NCBI RefSeq assembly: GCF_006345805.1
Contig: NC_042999.1
Location: 166,532,001 to 166,596,000, forward strand
Direction: 5' to 3'
DNA from: Octopus sinensis
Taxonomy: Eukaryota
Length of the DNA: 64,000 bases
In this document: positions 53,415 to 64,000 of the stretch, in pieces
Layout: each line of letters starts with the position of its first letter
Numbering within the stretch: position 1 is the stretch's first letter
Notes under the pieces: generated by a model
Database searches by the model: none
Told to the model about the DNA's origin: nothing
Seen by the model: the letters and a program-made list of their open reading frames with translations, nothing else
Position numbers and translations under genes: made by a program

Positions 53415-53931
53415 TCTATATATATAAAACTGTAGTTGTGTGAGTGTCTGTCCCCTTCGATTTAGATTCCTAACTACTTCCACATTTTGCGGTGCAGTTT
53501 AACCAAATTTGGGTATCTTATAGTCGTGATTCATATCGAGCCCGTCTGGCTATTAGCGCGCGTCAACGATGAGTCTACGATTTTAAAAATAATTTAACAT
53601 AATTTTTTATTCCATTTTAATGCATAATTTTTCGTGTGTCGATGGCGGCGGAGTTGGCGTCCACGCTCAAACACCTGCACCTGTGTTTGCTTCTTCCCCT
53701 TCTTCCCTCCCTCGTGAACCTGTGGGGAAGGGAGTGTAAGGAAATCAACGTCGTAAAGCGTTGTCAAGGAGACCAGCGTTCTTTTAGAACAACGACTTCA
53801 TGGCTTGAAGACACCAAAACAGAAATGGCTAAGAAAGCCCGAATTGGCATCTATAAAGGAAGTAACTCTCTAAAAATGCTTATATAGTTATTTCCCTTAC
53901 ACACCCGAGCAACGCCGGGCGATACTGCTAG
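53415..53931 (+). mobile_element. Non-autonomous Helitron, copy 2
   Basis: A|TC start, hairpin cccgagcaacgccggg, CTAG|T end. Confidence 0.9.
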
Positions 53932-53992
53932 TTTTATATATTTTTATATCCAGTTAATCTTTTCAATTAATTTTAAAAAAATTTTTTTTTTT

Positions 53993-54384
53993 TTACTTGT
54001 TTTAGTCATTTGACTGCGGCCATGCTGGAGCACCGCCTTTAGTCGAGAAAATCGACCCCGGGACTTAGTCTTTGTAAGCCCAGTACTTATTCTATTGGTC
54101 TCTTTTGCCGAACCGCTAAGTGACGGGGACGTAAACACACCAGTATCGGTTGTCAAGCAATGCTAGGGGGACAAACACAGACACACAAACACATATATAT
54201 ATATATATATATACATATATACGACAGGCTTCTTTCAGTTTCCGTCTACCAAATCCACTCACAAGGCATTGGTCGGCCCGGGGCTATAGCAGAAGACACT
54301 TGCCCAAGATGCCACGCAGTGGGACTGAACCCGGAACCATGTGGTTGGTAAGCAAGCTACTTACCACACAGCCACTCCTGCGCC
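53993..54384 (-). mobile_element. tRNA-derived SINE
   Basis: Main family. Confidence 0.9.
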
Positions 54385-54556
54385 TAATTATTAGATATTA
54401 ATAAAAAAAAACCATTATCAAAAAATACTTGTCCATTACTTATGCTGTGATTATCAAATTATTCAACATGAAACTATTTGTATGTGAGTGAATAAGTAGA
54501 TGCATATTTATATATAATATAAATAGATGTACATGCATGTATAAGTGTGTGTGTGT

Positions 54557-55200
54557 ATATCATCATGATCATCACCATCATCAGCAGCAGCATCTTAATT
54601 TAACATCTGTTTTCCATGCTGGCATGGGTTGGATGGTTTGACAGGAGTTGGCCAGCTGGAGAGCTGTCCAGACTCCAGTTATCTCTTTTGCAATGGTTTC
54701 TACAGCTGGGTGCCCTTCCTAACACCAGCCACTTTACAATGTGTACTGGGTGCTTTTTACTTTCCACCGGCATGAACGAATATATGCAGCACTGGCATGG
54801 GTGCATCTATGCAGCACTGGGACGATGCATTTTACATGGCATTGACACCTGGAAAGCCATGCCTCTATGTATGGATGACTGTGACTTTTCTTAGCTTGAT
54901 GCATCTTCTCAAGTACAGCAAATGGCCACAATCCCAGTCCCTGGTCATTTCCTCAGTGTGGCCCAGCATCTGAAGAACCTTTCTCACCACTTCTTCCTGG
55001 GTCTACCCCTTTCACAGGTTCCCTCCACAGTTAGAGATTGGCACTTCCTTAAGCAGCCGTCTTCATCCATAGGCATCACATGACCAAACCAGCGCAGTCT
55101 TCTCTCTTGCACACAACATCTGACGCTTTTTATACCCAGTTTTCCTCTTAAATCATTTACATTCTGTCGTGCATGCACACTGACACCACCATCCAGCTGA
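54557..55200 (-). mobile_element. RTE LINE 3' fragment
   Basis: QERRLRWFGHVMPMDEDG...GRPRKKW. Confidence 0.85.
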
Positions 55201-55424
55201 GCATGTATTGTATTAAACCGTATTGTTGGTATTGTTTTATGTTAACAGATTTTTTAACTTTGGCCATGTTGGGACAAGGCCTTCAAACATAAAGCCCCTG
55301 TATTTATTTTAGTCAGCTTTTTATCTTTATGAGTTTCTATTTATTGAATAACAGGTTGACCTTTTTTAGTGAAAAGGGATATAATTCATTATACTACTAA
55401 ATAACCCCCCATACACACACATGT

Positions 55425-55500
55425 ATGCATGTATGCATGTATGTATGTATGTATGTATGTATGTATGTATGTATGTATGTATGTATGTATGTATGTATAT
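55425..55500. repeat. (ATGT)n microsatellite
   Basis: Direct inspection. Confidence 0.9.
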
Positions 55501-55734
55501 GTATCTATATAAATATATTGTCAAGAAAGTAACATTATTAAATTAGCTTTTAAAAATACTCAGAAAGCAGAAATTTAGTCTGTGCTGAATTTTACAAAAT
55601 CAGTAAAATCAAGGAATTAAAAAAAATAAAATATAAGGAAAAATAAATTGTCATATGCAGAGTGAAAGCACAATTAAAAACATACGACTAGCAGAATTCC
55701 AGCAGAATTGAACATGAATTTGAAAATGTAACAT

Positions 55735-56140
55735 AGGAGTGGCTGTGTGGTAAGTAGCTTGCTAACCAACCACATGGTTCCAGTCCCACTGTGTGGCATC
55801 TTGGGCAAGTGTCTTCTGCTGTAGCCCCGGGCCGACCAATGCCTTGTGAGTGGATTTGGTAGACGGAAACTGAAAGAAGCCTGTCATATATATGTATATA
55901 TATATATGTATGTGTGTGTGTATTTGTGTAACTGTGTTTGTCTCCCTAGCATTGCTTGACAACCGATGCTGGTGTGTTTACGTTCCCGTCACTTAGCAGT
56001 TCGACAAAAGAGACCGATAGAATAAGTACTGGGCTTACAAAGACTAAGTCCCGGGTTCAATTTGCTTGACTAAAGGCGGTGCTGCAGCATGGCCGCAGTC
56101 AAATGACTGAAACAAGTAAAAGAGTAAAAGAGTAAAGAGT
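55735..56140 (+). mobile_element. tRNA-derived SINE
   Basis: Main family. Confidence 0.9.
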
Positions 56141-56659
56141 ATAAACCTGAGTGATAAATTGTGGTCTAAAACAAAATCAGTAGGTCTTTGTAAGGGGTAC
56201 ATCATTTAGTGTTAAACAAGGAAAACAAGCAAAAATCTTTAAAAAAAAGTTTGCAATACAATCATGAGGACCTAGAGTTAATCTCCCTGTATTACATTTT
56301 TTACTTAAACCCTTGGTTAATTCCATGCTTGTTAGCATAATTGGGTAGATAAAAACTGTGTTGAAACCCACCTTTATAACATACATTGTGCTTGTGCTTG
56401 AGGGGGATTACTAGGATCTATAAGAGAAGATGCAGCTAGTCCAGGCTTGTAGAGCCATTACGGAACCCAAAGATGACACTTGAATGTGGAGAGGACACTC
56501 ACCACCACCACCACAATGATGACGACTACAACAACGATGACCAACACCACCACCACCACCACCACTTCTACCACCAACAACAACAACACCTCCATCTGAA
56601 TGCAGACTTGTTCCACCTTGTAAAACTTAACTCACAGGCCTGAGAGCTAAATTAAAAGG

Positions 56660-57404
56660 ATGGGTGTCTGTGGAGTACTCAGCCACTTACATCATAATTG
56701 AGTCAGCAGTTCAGTTGATTGAACAACTCAAATATATGTTATTGAAACTGATGGTGGATCCATTTCCTATAAATTTCCTATCCAGCCTGATTGGACTTTT
56801 GACAGAGTCAGTTTATTCAGAGATTTGGATGCAGGAAGATTTGCAGCTCAGCTACTGGAAGCATTCCACAAGACAGTAATGGAGACATCACTTTTCCAAA
56901 TGGCCGCGGCACTTTGGTCAAAACTGTGGAAGAGTTGATTACCAAGGTTTTCCCAAACATTGGACATGATTTTCAAGATCCTGATTGGCTTTGTAAAGAT
57001 CCATACTTGCACCAAAGAATGAAACTGTTCAGGTTATCAACTGGAAACTTATGCAATCAATCAATACTGACGAAAAAAATTATTTCTCAATTGATAGTGT
57101 TGTGGACCCCAATGAAGCTGTGAATTATCCTACTGAGTGTCTTAACTCTTTGGATCCTCCTGAAATAACTTTTCACAAACTGACATTGAAGAAAGGAGTT
57201 CCAACCATGCTTTTGCGAAAAACGGATCTTCCAAAGCTGTGCAATGGAACAAGACTGATTGTTGGACTTCACCTCATGCAGCAGTGCTTTTCCCATGGTC
57301 AGCTCTAATTTGGTTATTCCAGAGTGGGAAATGGCAACAATATTTTCATACTCACATCAAATGGTAAAACCAAGAATATTATTTATCCTGCTGCTTTACA
57401 GTGA
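56660..57404 (+). mobile_element. Helitron PIF1-like helicase C-terminal remnant
   Basis: NEAVNYPTECLNSLDPPEITFHKLTLKKGVPTMLLR...LCNGTRLIV and terminal GKTKNIIYPAALQ*. Confidence 0.85.
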
Positions 57405-58414
57405 TCTCCAAATGTCATGATGATACAAAATTCTCCAAATATGACACTCTGTGATCTAAATCTGAGATGGTTGGGAACCAATAAATGCTTTATGATTTTT
57501 GCTCTCTTTAGTTTTGGGCCTTAGGCTCAATTAGCCCCCTGCAGGAGCTAGCTCAAGAGTCTGCATGGAATGCTGCTTTTAAGCTAGTAAATAAATAAGT
57601 GAAATGAAAAATAGCTTTAAACAGAGATTGAAACTGTGTTACCGACTCTTCTGGCTCAAATTTTTAACTCCTCACTAGAACATTTGTCCTACTAGTTCAT
57701 ATTTTACCTATAATATACCAAAAGAACTAAAAGCCTGATAAGGCACAAAATCCTTAATCCATGGTGTTTTGAAGTATTGAAGTAGAATTCCTTATTCTTA
57801 GGGAGAAGAGGGAAATAAGTGAACACTCAGAAATAGATTGACTTAGAAGGAAACAAATATAATCCCTTGTTTGAGCTTTTCTTAATTCAGACATGTCAGA
57901 ACCTGTCAGGGGATTATTAAAAGAGCAAGAGGAAAAAAACCTGAAATAACTGTCAGCACGTGTGTGTGTGTGTGTGTGTGTAAATACATGCTTACATATA
58001 AATGTAGATTATGATTGTCACTATTGGTAAAGTCTATTAGCTTGGTTGTCAGATGAGAACAGTCTATGTTGTCTAACTGTGGAACATATTTACAAAGTTT
58101 ATAACTGTTAAGTTGGCATTCAAAATCATTTTAACATGCATACAGCATTAAAAAAATAGCGTCGGTTCACAACTAAAGATCTTTTTCAATCAATTAATAA
58201 AAAATTTACATATAATCAGGGAACAAAGTATTTTATGTAACATACACACACACACACACACATTAAAGTATCTGTTTATGTTAAGTTATAATAAAATCAA
58301 TTTTATTTTAAACTGGATGATTACTCAAAACAAGAGAAGTGTCTCCTTTGAAGGCTAGCAAAACCAAACTTCAAAGTCACTGTTACTTCTCTACATATGT
58401 ATAGGATTATATAT

Positions 58415-58600
58415 AGTTGGAATTTACAAAAATATCAAAAGACGAAGACAGGTGTGTAAACAACAAACAGGTGTAATAGTTTAATGCTCAGGAAGGTGAG
58501 AAAGTCTTTTACGTTTCAAGCCTACGCTCTTCATCAGAAAGGAACATGAGAAAATAAGCAGAGAGAGAATAAAAAAAGCTTTAGTGACTAGCAGTCAATC
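58415..58600 (-). mobile_element. Short Penelope-type element with a hammerhead, flanked by a 14-bp direct repeat
   Basis: ATAGGATTATATAT at 58401-58414 and 58601-58614. Confidence 0.65.
58506..58541 (-). ncRNA. Minimal type I hammerhead ribozyme motif
   Basis: CTTT-CTGATGA-A-GAGC(GTAG)GCTT-GAAA-C-GTA-AAAG. Confidence 0.7.
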
Positions 58601-58613
58601 ATAGGATTATATA

Positions 58614-60245
58614 TCATCATCATCATCATTGTTTAACGTCCGTTTTCCATGCTAGCATGGGTTGGATGGTTCGACCAGGGTCTGGGAAGCCAGAAGGCTG
58701 CACCAGGCCCAGTCTGATCTGGCAGTGTTTCTACAGCTGGATGCCCTTCCTAATGCCAACCACTCTGTGAGTGTAGTGGGTGCATTTTATGTGCCACCGG
58801 CACAGGAGCCAGAGGAGGCTGGCAAATGGCCACGATCGGTTGATGCTTTTTGTCTGTCACCAGCATGGACACCAGTCAGGTCAGCGCTGGCATCAGTCAT
58901 GTTCGGATGGTGCTTTTTACTTGCTACCGGCACGGGTATCACAACTACAATTTCCATTGATTTTTATTTTGATGTTGATGTACTTGACTCAATAGGTCTC
59001 CTCAAGCACACCAGGTCACCCTACAATCCAAGGTTAGCACAGCAGGCTGTTCTGTGAGGCATGAACTCACTTCATTTGTCGGGTCTTTGCAGTCACAGCA
59101 TATCTCCAGAGGTGAGGCCCAACTTTTGAAGGTCATGCTTGACCACCTCATCCCATGTCTTCCTGGGTCTACCTCTACCCCCAGACTCAACAGTTTGGGA
59201 GTGGCACTTCTTCACACAGCTCTCCTCATCCATCCATAGTACATGACCATACCAGTGCAGATGTCTCTCTTTCATGCCACATCCAATGCTTCTTATGTCC
59301 AGCATTTCTCTCAGGGCACTTACACTCTGTCGTGTATGCACACTGACATTACACATCCAGCGGATCATGCTAGCTTCATTTCTTTCAAGACTACGCATGT
59401 CCTCCGCAGTCACGGCCCATGTTTCACTGCTGTGAAGCATGGCAGTTCGCACACATGCGTCGTACAATCTACCTTTCACTCTGAGCGAGAGATCTTTTGT
59501 CCCCAGTAGGGGAAGAAGCTTCCTAAACTTTGCCCAGGCTATTCTTATTCTAGTGGTAACACTCTCTGAGCATCCAACCCCACTACTAACTTGGTCACCT
59601 AGGTTGCAGAAACTATCAACTACTTCTAGTTTCTTTCCCTGGAGTGTGATGAAATCTGTTTTCTGAGTATCAGTGGTGTCTATTGCCTCTGTGCATCTGT
59701 CGCACACGAAAGCTATCTTCTCAGTTAATTTTCCTTTGATGTTGCTGCACCTCTTATGTGTCCATAGCTTACACTGGGTACATCTTATGCAGTTTCTACC
59801 TACACTTTTTCTACAGATCGCGCAGGGTCATCTACCTAAGGGTGTGTGTGGTGAGTTCGTCTTTTTACTTACTAGAACTTTGGTCATAGCTACATTGACT
59901 CTAAGACCTTTTGATTCTAAACCTAGCTTCCACACACGAAATTTCTTTTCTAGTTCCGGTAGTGATTCTGCTATGAATGCCAGGTCATCAGCATAGAGGA
60001 GCTCCCAGGGGAAACTCATCTTCAATTCCTCAGCTATTGCCTGGAGGACTATGATGAATAAAAGGGGACTGAGGGTTGAACCTTGGTGGACCCCTACTTC
60101 TACCCGGAATTCTTCACTATATTCATTACCAATCCTAACCTTACTTATGGCCTCTCTGTAAAGGGCCTGTACAGCCCTTATTAACCATTCGTCAATCTCC
60201 AGTTTCCGCATCACACACCAGATAAGGGATCAGGGGACCCTGTCA
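58614..60245 (-). mobile_element. RTE LINE, 5' truncated, relatively intact RT half
   Basis: GVHQGSTLSPLLF...LLYADDL; about 380 codons in one frame with a single TGA at 59828-59830. Confidence 0.95.
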
Positions 60246-60479
60246 AAGCTTAATAATTCGACAAATTGTAAACGTATTAACAATCTACTCGATTTTTCAT
60301 CTAATAGGGAAATAAAATATCTTTGAAATAGTTGTTTTTATTTTATCATCCAGATCAGTGATAGAAATGATGGGGAGGTCACAAGGGAATGGCTGTTCCC
60401 CTATTTTCCGCACACAAACAAGTGTAGAGGTGAAGGCTTAAAGCGCCGAACCTTCTTCCTAACATCAGCCTCATGAAAA

Positions 60480-61050
60480 CCCCTGTTGTCGCAGAGGGCC
60501 TCCAAGGCTGAGGAGCCCCATGTTAAGATCAAAGTATATAGATGAGTTATCTATTTACTTCTGTTAAGATGTTGAACAAGAATTAAACTATCTATGTTAA
60601 CTGAAATTTTCAAAAAATAAAATTGTACCTGCAAAAGTTCTTGTAAAAATATTACAATGTACCACAAACGTGTACCAGACTTTGTGGATTGTCTATGGTA
60701 TGTATTGAACACGAACTTAGCTCTCAGCTTGATTATTCTGAACTGATCGATGATTTCGTGAAGCGTGAAGTGCACAGTGTTCGTCTTTGAGAGTTGCCTG
60801 GATTATAAAAGTGTTCTTTTATTCATATCAGCAAGTTTTAATTATTGAAGTTTGTAATAGACCTAAATAAATTTGACTTGTAGTTTTAAAGATGTTCTTT
60901 AGGATAACGTGAAACATTGAACTTCAGATAGAATAAAGTCAAATATAGTTATGAATAAAAGGGACGTAGATTATGAATTTTGATTGACGGGATGGGGCCT
61001 CGATACAAAAAGTTGTAGGGGCCTCTAAAAGTCACGCGACAAAGCTGGTG
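60480..61050 (+). mobile_element. hAT transposon internal-deletion derivative
   Basis: RLCGLSMVCIEHELSSQLDYSELIDDFVKR (60677-60790) resembles hAT/ZMYM1-type C-termini; gggcctc subterminal motifs. Confidence 0.65.
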
Positions 61051-61630
61051 GAAGTGTCTGCGACTCACCTAGTATTTTATTTTCTCAAATATTTATTCTG
61101 ATCCCTACATTTTCAAGAACAGAGATTATATTCCGGGGTGAAGGGACTACAAAAAATAAAGACTTTTTAAAATATCAAGTACCACAACACTCTAAAATTT
61201 GGGGTTTTGATTTTTTCTTTTATTCGTTTGGAGTTATATGTGGTATACCTACAATGTGCGCCCCCACCACCCAACTTTCTTTCCATATAACTTTCAGAAA
61301 AATGGATAACCTTTTAATGAAAATTTCTATAAATACCTTTCAGACTGTGTCGATTAGGATTATATCGAAATTTAGTGGGAAGGGGGAGTAGGAATGGTGA
61401 GTGCGCACATATTCATATTGACACATATTACATATATATCTACAATATATATATATATAAAACTTGAAATTTAAAAAAAAATATGTAATACGTGTCAATA
61501 TGGATGTGTGCACGAGCACCATTGAAAAACATTACATTAAATTCCAATGTAATCATAATCCACACCATCTGAAATGTAGTTGTAAAAAAATTTCATTAAA
61601 AATTTTAGTTATCAAGAAACAAAACCGAGG

Positions 61631-61685
<55 letters not shown>

Positions 61686-61686
<1 letters not shown>

Positions 61687-61854
61687 GCGGGAGTGGCTGT
61701 GTGGTAAGTAGCTTGCTTACCAACCACATGGTTCCGGGTTCAGTCCCACTGCATGGCATCTTGGGCAAGTGTCTTCTGCTATAGCCCCGGGCCGACCAAT
61801 GCCTTGTGAGTGGATTTGATAGACAGAAACTGAAAGAAGCCTGTCGTATATATG

Positions 61855-61887
<33 letters not shown>

Positions 61888-62098
61888 GTTTGTGTGTCTG
61901 TGTTTGTCCCCCTAGCATTGCTTGACAACCGATGCTGGTGTGTTTACGTTCCCGTCGCTTAGCGGTTCGTAAAAGAGACCGATAGAATAAGTACTGGGCT
62001 TACAAAGAACAAGTCCTGGGGTCGATTTGCTCGACTAAAGGCGGTGCTCCAGCATGGCTGCAGTCAAATGACTGAAACAAGTAAAAGAGTAGAAGAGT
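61686..62098 (+). mobile_element. tRNA-derived SINE
   Basis: Main family, CpG-retaining. Confidence 0.9.
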
Positions 62099-62178
62099 AT
62101 TTTTTGGCTATAACTCTCTAAAAATGCTTTATAGTTATTTCCCTTACAAACCCGAGCAACGCCGGGCGATACTGCTAG
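62099..62178 (+). mobile_element. Helitron 3' end fragment
   Basis: Same hairpin and CTAG terminus as the 53086 and 53931 ends. Confidence 0.85.
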
Positions 62179-62244
62179 TAATAATATACACTACTTTCTC
62201 CCCTATATTAGAATGGATCCTTCTGTTGCCGGCTCTTTTTGTAT

Positions 62245-62660
62245 ACTCTTACTCTTACTCTTTTACTCTTTTACTTGTTTCAGTCATTTGACTGCGGCCA
62301 TGCTGGAGCACCGCCCCCAGTCGAGCAACTCGACCCCGGGACTTATTCTTTGTAAGCCCAGTACTTATTCTATCGGTCTCTTTTGCCGAACCGCTAAGTG
62401 ACGGGGACGTAAACACACCAGCATCGGTTGTCAACAATGCTAGGGGGACAAAACACAGATACACAAACACACACACATACATATATATATATATATCCGA
62501 CAGGCTTCTTTCAGTTTCCGTCAACCAAATCCACTCACAAGGCATTAGTCGGCCCGGGGCTATAGTAGAAGACACTTGCCCAAGATGCCACGCAGTGGGA
62601 CTGAACCCGGAACCATGTGGTTGGTTAGCAAGCTACTTACTACACAGCCACTCCTGCGCC
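62245..62660 (-). mobile_element. tRNA-derived SINE
   Basis: Main family. Confidence 0.9.
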
Positions 62661-62664
62661 TATT

Positions 62665-63230
62665 GTTTATGTTTATAATCAAAATGCAATAAAGTTTAAT
62701 TCAATAAATGTATAAACAGCAAATCCAGAATAATATGGAAAGAGAAAATATCATAATACAAATTATATCTGTTCATCCCTTAAAATTTATTTCAAGCCTT
62801 TAAGGTAAAAGACTATGATATAAAAAAAAAACCTATGTTGGATGGTGGAATTATTATTTTATATTTTATATTTATAAATCCATGTTTTTTTGCTTTCATT
62901 TTTCCTTCTTTTTCTTTTCTTTTCTCATTCTCAATACCCTATGATATTATATTAATCTCTTCTTTTGTTTCTTTAAGACATATAATAATATATACTACTT
63001 TCTCCCCCTATATTAGATTGGTTCCATAGCCTTTATCTCAACATGTATTGCTAATCGGTATATCCTTACTACCTCTGAAGAGATTCATCTTATAATGATT
63101 TTAATTTTATAAATTAACTATCTAAAGATTTCTGAATCGAAACAGCTGTCAGAGATGTAATATTTTATAATTAATAAATAATTTTATTAATTACCTCTCC
63201 ATTTTCTTCTTATTCTTTATATATATATAT
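62665..63230 (+). mobile_element. Penelope-like element 3' region
   Basis: AT-rich segment with a hammerhead motif; about 40-bp partial direct repeat at 62180-62220 and 62985-63025. Confidence 0.5.
63073..63154 (+). ncRNA. Type I hammerhead ribozyme motif with an intact catalytic core
   Basis: CTGAAGA 63075-63081, stem II GATTCA/TGAATC, GAAA 63139-63142, palindromic ACAGCTGT, GUC cleavage triplet. Confidence 0.7.
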
Positions 63231-63235
63231 ATATA

Positions 63236-63580
63236 TCATCATCATCATCATCATCATCGTTTAACGTCTGTTTTCCGCGCTAGCACGGGTTGGACGGTTC
63301 GACCGGGGTCTGGGAAGCCAGGGGCTGCTCCAGGCTCCAGTCTGATCTGGCAGAGTTTCTACGGCTGGATGCCCTACCTAACGCCAACCACTCCGTGAGT
63401 GTAGTGGGTGCTTTTTACGTGCCACCTGCACAGGTGCCAGGGGGGTCTGGCATTGGTCACGATCGGTTCGAGCTTTTAACGTGCCAGCGTTTTTTTTTGT
63501 TTTTTTTTATGTGGCACCGGCACAGGGGCCAGTCGGGGCGGCGCTGGCATCGGCCATGTTCGGATGGTGCTTTTTGGGGG
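63236..63580 (-). mobile_element. RTE 3' end copy
   Basis: (CAT)n tail plus family sequence. Confidence 0.85.
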
Positions 63581-63689
63581 TGCAGGTAATATAGGGAAGC
63601 ACCAGTGGGGAGGGTTGGGGTAAGGAGGAACGTTGACAGGTAGGGTTGGTACAGGTTCGCAGGAAATAAAACGTAGGACATCACGAGTG

Positions 63690-63698
63690 GGGGAGGGA

Positions 63699-63786
<88 letters not shown>

Positions 63787-63791
63787 ATACA

Positions 63792-63863
<72 letters not shown>

Positions 63864-63910
63864 CACATATATACATACATACATATATGTATATATATAT
63901 ATATATATAT
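63690..63910. repeat. Compound (TA)n/(TACA)n microsatellite
   Basis: Direct inspection. Confidence 0.95.
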
Positions 63911-64000
63911 AATATTGATCGCCATGTTGATTCGCTAGCCTCTGCATGCATTTTTTTTCTCTCCTTTTTCTTTCTGTCTTTCTTTTCTGTGTATCTTTCT

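Overview
AT-rich, microsatellite-laden animal genomic DNA. The SINE, RTE-LINE and MITE landscape suggests a coleoid cephalopod such as Octopus (inference). One host gene is supported: TAF6L (SAGA/PCAF histone-fold subunit) on the minus strand, with coding exons at 33603-33614, 28102-28311, 10247-10333, 7681-7831 and 4098-4157. These exons have GT-AG borders and compatible phases, and the gene continues off the left edge. A probable first exon and CpG-retaining promoter lie near 42973-43150. Nearly everything else is decayed mobile DNA: tRNA-derived SINEs, RTE and CR1/L2 LINEs, Tc1/mariner copies, TTAA-flanked (piggyBac-type), hAT and pogo MITEs, Helitron pieces, and CRE and Hero-like fragments. 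Highlights are two near-canonical and one degenerate Penelope-type hammerhead ribozyme motifs, a cryptic TAF6L exon sitting in the loop of an inverted SINE pair, a uORF-rich TAF6L leader, an 81-bp-arm intronic palindrome, a perfect 10x array of a SINE Pol III A-box, and a PHD finger inside an RTE ORF2. TE boundaries were read by eye and are approximate unless a TSD or TIR is cited.
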